Shown here in pieces: positions 60,692 through 64,000 of a stretch of DNA of 64,000 nt. Within the stretch, counting starts at the first letter, position 1. Each line of letters starts with the position of its first letter. This DNA is from Lapillicoccus sp. (GTDB lineage: Bacteria; Actinomycetota; Actinomycetes; Actinomycetales; Dermatophilaceae). The stretch covers positions 7,355 to 71,354 of the forward strand of contig NZ_JBKJPP010000126.1 of assembly GCF_046595215.1 (NCBI RefSeq), read 5' to 3'. Made by a program: the position numbers and the translations under genes. The notes beneath the pieces are model-generated. The model was not told the DNA's origin. It saw only the letters and a program-made list of their open reading frames with translations, and did not search any database.

Positions 60692-61008
60692 GACGGGGTC
60701 TCGCTCTCGTGGAGGGCGCCGGTGCGCCGGGCGGTGTCGGCAATGCGGTGGGCGAGCTCGATGTCGAGCTGGGTCAGCCCGCCGGCGGAGTGCGTCGAGA
60801 GCGACCACCGGGTGGTGGTCCACCGCATGTCGATGTCGGGGTGATGCTGCATCTGCTCCGCGACGTCGGCCACGTCGCTGACGAGGGCGATCGCCGCGGG
60901 GAAGTCTGGTGACGTGTAGGCCGTGACCAGGCTCTCGCCCTCCTGGTGCCAGCCCTCGAGGTCGGCCACCTGGCGGGTGAGCTCCTCGGATGTGAGTAAA
61001 CGTGACAT
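60688..61008 (-). CDS. Pterin-4a-carbinolamine dehydratase family protein
   Basis: AEQMQHHPDIDMRW, LSTHSAGGLTQLDIELA. Confidence 0.88.
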   Translation of the reverse strand: MSRLLTSEELTRQVADLEGWHQEGESLVTAYTSPDFPAAIALVSDVADVAEQMQHHPDIDMRWTTTRWSLSTHSAGGLTQLDIELAHRIADTARRTGALHESETPS

Positions 61009-61112
61009 GTTCCAATTCTCACCCGGCCCGGCCAACCTGTCATCCAAGGAAAGGCTTACCAAAGGGCAACCGAAGTGGGGGCCCGCCACCCGGCGTCTGG
61101 GAGGCTCGGGCC

Positions 61113-61541
61113 ATGCCCGATGCCCATCCGACCCTCGTCGTCGGGGTCGCGCTCGTCGACGACCTGGGCCGCCCGACCCGCCTGCTCGGCGCGCGTCGGA
61201 CCGCACCGGCGGAGCTGGCCGGCGGGTGGGAGCTGCCCGGTGGCAAGGTGGACCCCGGTGAGGAGACCCTCGACGCGCTCCACCGCGAGGCCCGGGAAGA
61301 GCTCGGGGTCGGCATCGAGGTCGGCGTCCACCTGGTGGGTCCGCACGCCGACGGCACCTGGCCGCTCGGCACCGACTACCGGATGCACGTCTGGCTCGCC
61401 GCGGTCAGCGACGGCGTCCCCCAGCCGCTGGAGGACCACGACGAGCTGCGCTGGCTCACCGCGGGAGACCTGTATGCCGTGCCCTGGCTCCCGGCGGACC
61501 TCCCCATCGTCCGGGCCGTGGGGGACCGGCTCGCCGACTGA
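61113..61541 (+). CDS. Nudix (MutT-like) hydrolase
   Basis: WELPGGKVDPGEETLDALHREAREELG Nudix box, HDELRW, WLPADLP. Confidence 0.9.
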   Translation: MPDAHPTLVVGVALVDDLGRPTRLLGARRTAPAELAGGWELPGGKVDPGEETLDALHREAREELGVGIEVGVHLVGPHADGTWPLGTDYRMHVWLAAVSDGVPQPLEDHDELRWLTAGDLYAVPWLPADLPIVRAVGDRLAD

Positions 61542-61625
61542 CCCCCAAGGTGACCCGGACACGAGGCCGGACGCCCGCACGCCCCCGGGGGATGGTCAGC
61601 GGCTGCCGGAAATCCTGAGAGAATC

Positions 61626-63542
61626 GTGACCATGCCTGTCAAGACCCGCGACGACATCCGGAATGTCGCCATCATCGCCCACGTCGACCACGGAAAGACG
61701 ACCCTGGTCGACAAGATGCTCTGGCAGTCAGGTGCCTTCGGGGAGCACCAGCACGTCGACGAGCGGGCGATGGACTCCGGTGACCTCGAGCGCGAGAAGG
61801 GCATCACCATCCTCGCGAAGAACACTGCCGTGCACTACACCGGCAAGGCGGCCCTCGACATGGGCCTGGCCGACGGCGTGACGATCAACATCATCGACAC
61901 CCCCGGCCACGCTGACTTCGGGGGCGAGGTCGAGCGCGGCCTGTCCATGGTCGACGGCGTCGTCCTGCTCGTCGACGCGTCCGAGGGGCCTCTCCCCCAG
62001 ACCCGCTTCGTCCTGCGCAAGGCGCTCGCCGCCAAGATGCCCGTCATCCTCTGCATCAACAAGGTGGACCGTCCCGACTCGCGCATCGCCGAGGTCGTCG
62101 ACGAGGCCTATGAGCTCTTCCTCGACCTCGACGCGACCGCGGAGCAGATCGACTTCCCCATCGTCTACGCCTCGGCACGGGCCGGCCGGGCCTCGCTCGA
62201 GCGGCCCGAGAACGGCGTCATGCCCGAGGGCGAGGACCTCGAGACCCTCTTCGCGACGATCCTGGGCACCATCCCGGCGCCGTCCTACGACGAGGACGCC
62301 CCGCTGCAGGCCCACGTGACGAACCTCGACTCGTCGAACTTCCTTGGTCGCCTCGCGCTCCTGCGCGTCCGCAACGGCACGATCTCCAAGGGCCAGCAGG
62401 TCATGTGGTGCCGCCACGACGGCTCGCAGCAGCGGGTCAAGATCACCGAGCTGCTGATGACCGAGGCCCTCGAGCGCAAGCCGGCCGACAGTGCGGGCCC
62501 CGGCGACATCATCGCCGTCGCAGGCATCCCCGAGATCACCATCGGTGAGACCCTCGCCGACGCCGAGAACCCCATTCCGCTCCCGTTGATCACCGTCGAC
62601 GAGCCGGCCATCTCGATGACCTTCGGCACGAACAGCAGCCCCATGGTCGGCCGGGTGCGCGGCTCGAAGGTGACCGCCCGCATGGTCAAGGACCGCCTCG
62701 ACAAGGAGCTGGTCGGCAACGTCTCGCTGCGCATCCTGCCCACCGAGCGCCCCGACACCTGGGAGGTGCAGGGCCGCGGTGAGCTGGCCCTGGCGATCCT
62801 CGTCGAGCAGATGCGCCGGGAGGGCTACGAGCTGACGGTCGGCAAGCCCCAGGTGGTCACCCGCGAGGTCGACGGCAAGATCCATGAGCCTGTCGAGCGG
62901 CTGACCATCGACACCCCCGAGGAGTTCCTCGGCGCGATCACCCAGATCCTCGCCGCCCGCAAGGGCCGGATGGAGCAGATGACCAACCACGGCACTGGCT
63001 GGATCCGGATGGAGTTCCTCGTGCCCTCGCGCGGCCTCATCGGCTTCCGCACCGAGTTCCTCACCGAGACCCGCGGTACCGGCATCGCCCACCACGTCTT
63101 CGAGGGCTACGAGCCGTGGTACGGCGCCATCACGACCCGGACCAGCGGCTCCCTCGTGTCCGACCGCACCGGGGTGGTCACCGCCTACGCGATGGTCAAC
63201 CTCCAGGAGCGCGGCGCGCTCTTCACCGAGCCGACGACGGAGGTCTACGAGGGCATGATCGTCGGCGAGAACTCGCGCGCCGACGACATGGACGTCAACA
63301 TCACCAAGGAGAAGAAGCTCACCAACGTGCGGGCCTCGTCCTCCGACAACTTCGAGAAGATCGTGCCGCCGCGCAAGCTGAGCCTCGAGCAGTCGCTCGA
63401 GTTCTGCCGCGAGGACGAGTGCGTCGAGGTCACTCCCGACGCCGTCCGGATCCGCAAGGTCGTCCTCGACGGGAGCGACCGGGCTCGGACCGCATCCCGT
63501 GCCCGGTCGGCCGTGAAGTCCGAGGCCGCCGCCAGCTCCTGA
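61626..63542 (+). CDS. typA: Translational GTPase TypA/BipA
   Basis: [58 protein letters not shown]. Confidence 0.97.
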   Translation: MTMPVKTRDDIRNVAIIAHVDHGKTTLVDKMLWQSGAFGEHQHVDERAMDSGDLEREKGITILAKNTAVHYTGKAALDMGLADGVTINIIDTPGHADFGGEVERGLSMVDGVVLLVDASEGPLPQTRFVLRKALAAKMPVILCINKVDRPDSRIAEVVDEAYELFLDLDATAEQIDFPIVYASARAGRASLERPENGVMPEGEDLETLFATILGTIPAPSYDEDAPLQAHVTNLDSSNFLGRLALLRVRNGTISKGQQVMWCRHDGSQQRVKITELLMTEALERKPADSAGPGDIIAVAGIPEITIGETLADAENPIPLPLITVDEPAISMTFGTNSSPMVGRVRGSKVTARMVKDRLDKELVGNVSLRILPTERPDTWEVQGRGELALAILVEQMRREGYELTVGKPQVVTREVDGKIHEPVERLTIDTPEEFLGAITQILAARKGRMEQMTNHGTGWIRMEFLVPSRGLIGFRTEFLTETRGTGIAHHVFEGYEPWYGAITTRTSGSLVSDRTGVVTAYAMVNLQERGALFTEPTTEVYEGMIVGENSRADDMDVNITKEKKLTNVRASSSDNFEKIVPPRKLSLEQSLEFCREDECVEVTPDAVRIRKVVLDGSDRARTASRARSAVKSEAAASS

Positions 63543-63637
63543 CGCGAGACGTCCACGGCGGCGGGCTCCCGGCATACTGGCTCCCGGCACAGTGCGGTCT
63601 CGCCGCCGCGGAGACGACCCGAAGGAGCCCAGGTGTG

Positions 63638-64000
63638 GTGACGATGGTCTCGCGCCGGGGGCGACGAGTGGCCCTGGCAGCAGCGGTGGTCACGCTGCTG
63701 CTCGCGGCCTGCACGACCAGGCAGGCGCCGACCGACAGCCCCGGGAGCGCGCGGGGCGGCACGCTGGGCGTGCTGCTCGACAGCCCCGTCGCGCACTGGG
63801 ACCCCCAACGGATGGACGCCGGTCCGGAGAGCCAGTTCGCCGTCCGGACCTTCCTGCGCACCCTGACGACCCAGGCGCCGGCGGGGGTCGGCTTCTCGCC
63901 CGGACTCGTCGCCGACCTCGCGACGAACACCGGCACCGAGACCGACGGCGGCAAGACGTGGAAGTTCACCATCGTCGACGACGCGAAGTGGCAGGACGGC
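63638..64000 (+). CDS. Peptide ABC transporter binding lipoprotein (family 5), partial
   Basis: AAGGAG RBS, lipobox LAAC, HWDPQR, LVADLAT, GGKTWKFTI..KWQDG; open to window end. Confidence 0.8.
   Translation, partial: MTMVSRRGRRVALAAAVVTLLLAACTTRQAPTDSPGSARGGTLGVLLDSPVAHWDPQRMDAGPESQFAVRTFLRTLTTQAPAGVGFSPGLVADLATNTGTETDGGKTWKFTIVDDAKWQDG

Noticed and set aside
1-64000. tRNA/rRNA genes, IS elements, prophage or defence systems
   Set aside because: No cloverleaf, rRNA-like tract, transposase, integrase or defence-type ORF recognised; tRNAscan and Infernal would be needed to exclude small RNAs

Overview
High-GC (~70%, estimated by eye) actinobacterial chromosome; gene style suggests Micrococcales such as Intrasporangiaceae (inference). 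No tRNA, rRNA, CRISPR array, transposase or integrase is recognisable. Housekeeping anchors are an ABC-F ATPase, rplM-rpsI-glmM, glpX-DUF4245-xseB-xseA-ispH, rmuC, ychF, argF and typA. Accessory metabolic blocks lie between them: (1) a CUT1 ABC importer plus PHP-fold metallohydrolase; (2) pxpABC 5-oxoprolinase, divergent GntR and DUF969-DUF979-DUF2891; (3) ArsR-MFS; (4) GH4 glycosidase, beta-carbonic anhydrase, a second sugar ABC importer and a PfkB kinase; (5) a small HTH protein plus vWA protein; (6) a ~20 kb choline/glycine-betaine catabolic cluster (betB, betaine ABC importer, DMG oxidase, soxBDAG, betA, IclR, three-component Rieske demethylase, and purU beyond rmuC). Main observations from reading the DNA: (a) the octamer CGGCATAC/GTATGCCG occurs 33 times by hand count versus ~2 expected, on both strands and in several reading frames; (b) five betaine-pathway promoters share 17-bp boxes, mostly repeated at a 19-bp period, which pulls the displaced purU into the regulon; (c) a chain of ATGA-coupled 5-codon mini-ORFs precedes an ABC permease; (d) a deletion scar fuses the 3' halves of two divergent genes; (e) an orphan terminator and possible att remnant lie after ychF. 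Family assignments come from motif recognition; no database searches were run. Start codons were adjusted by eye from the ORF track.
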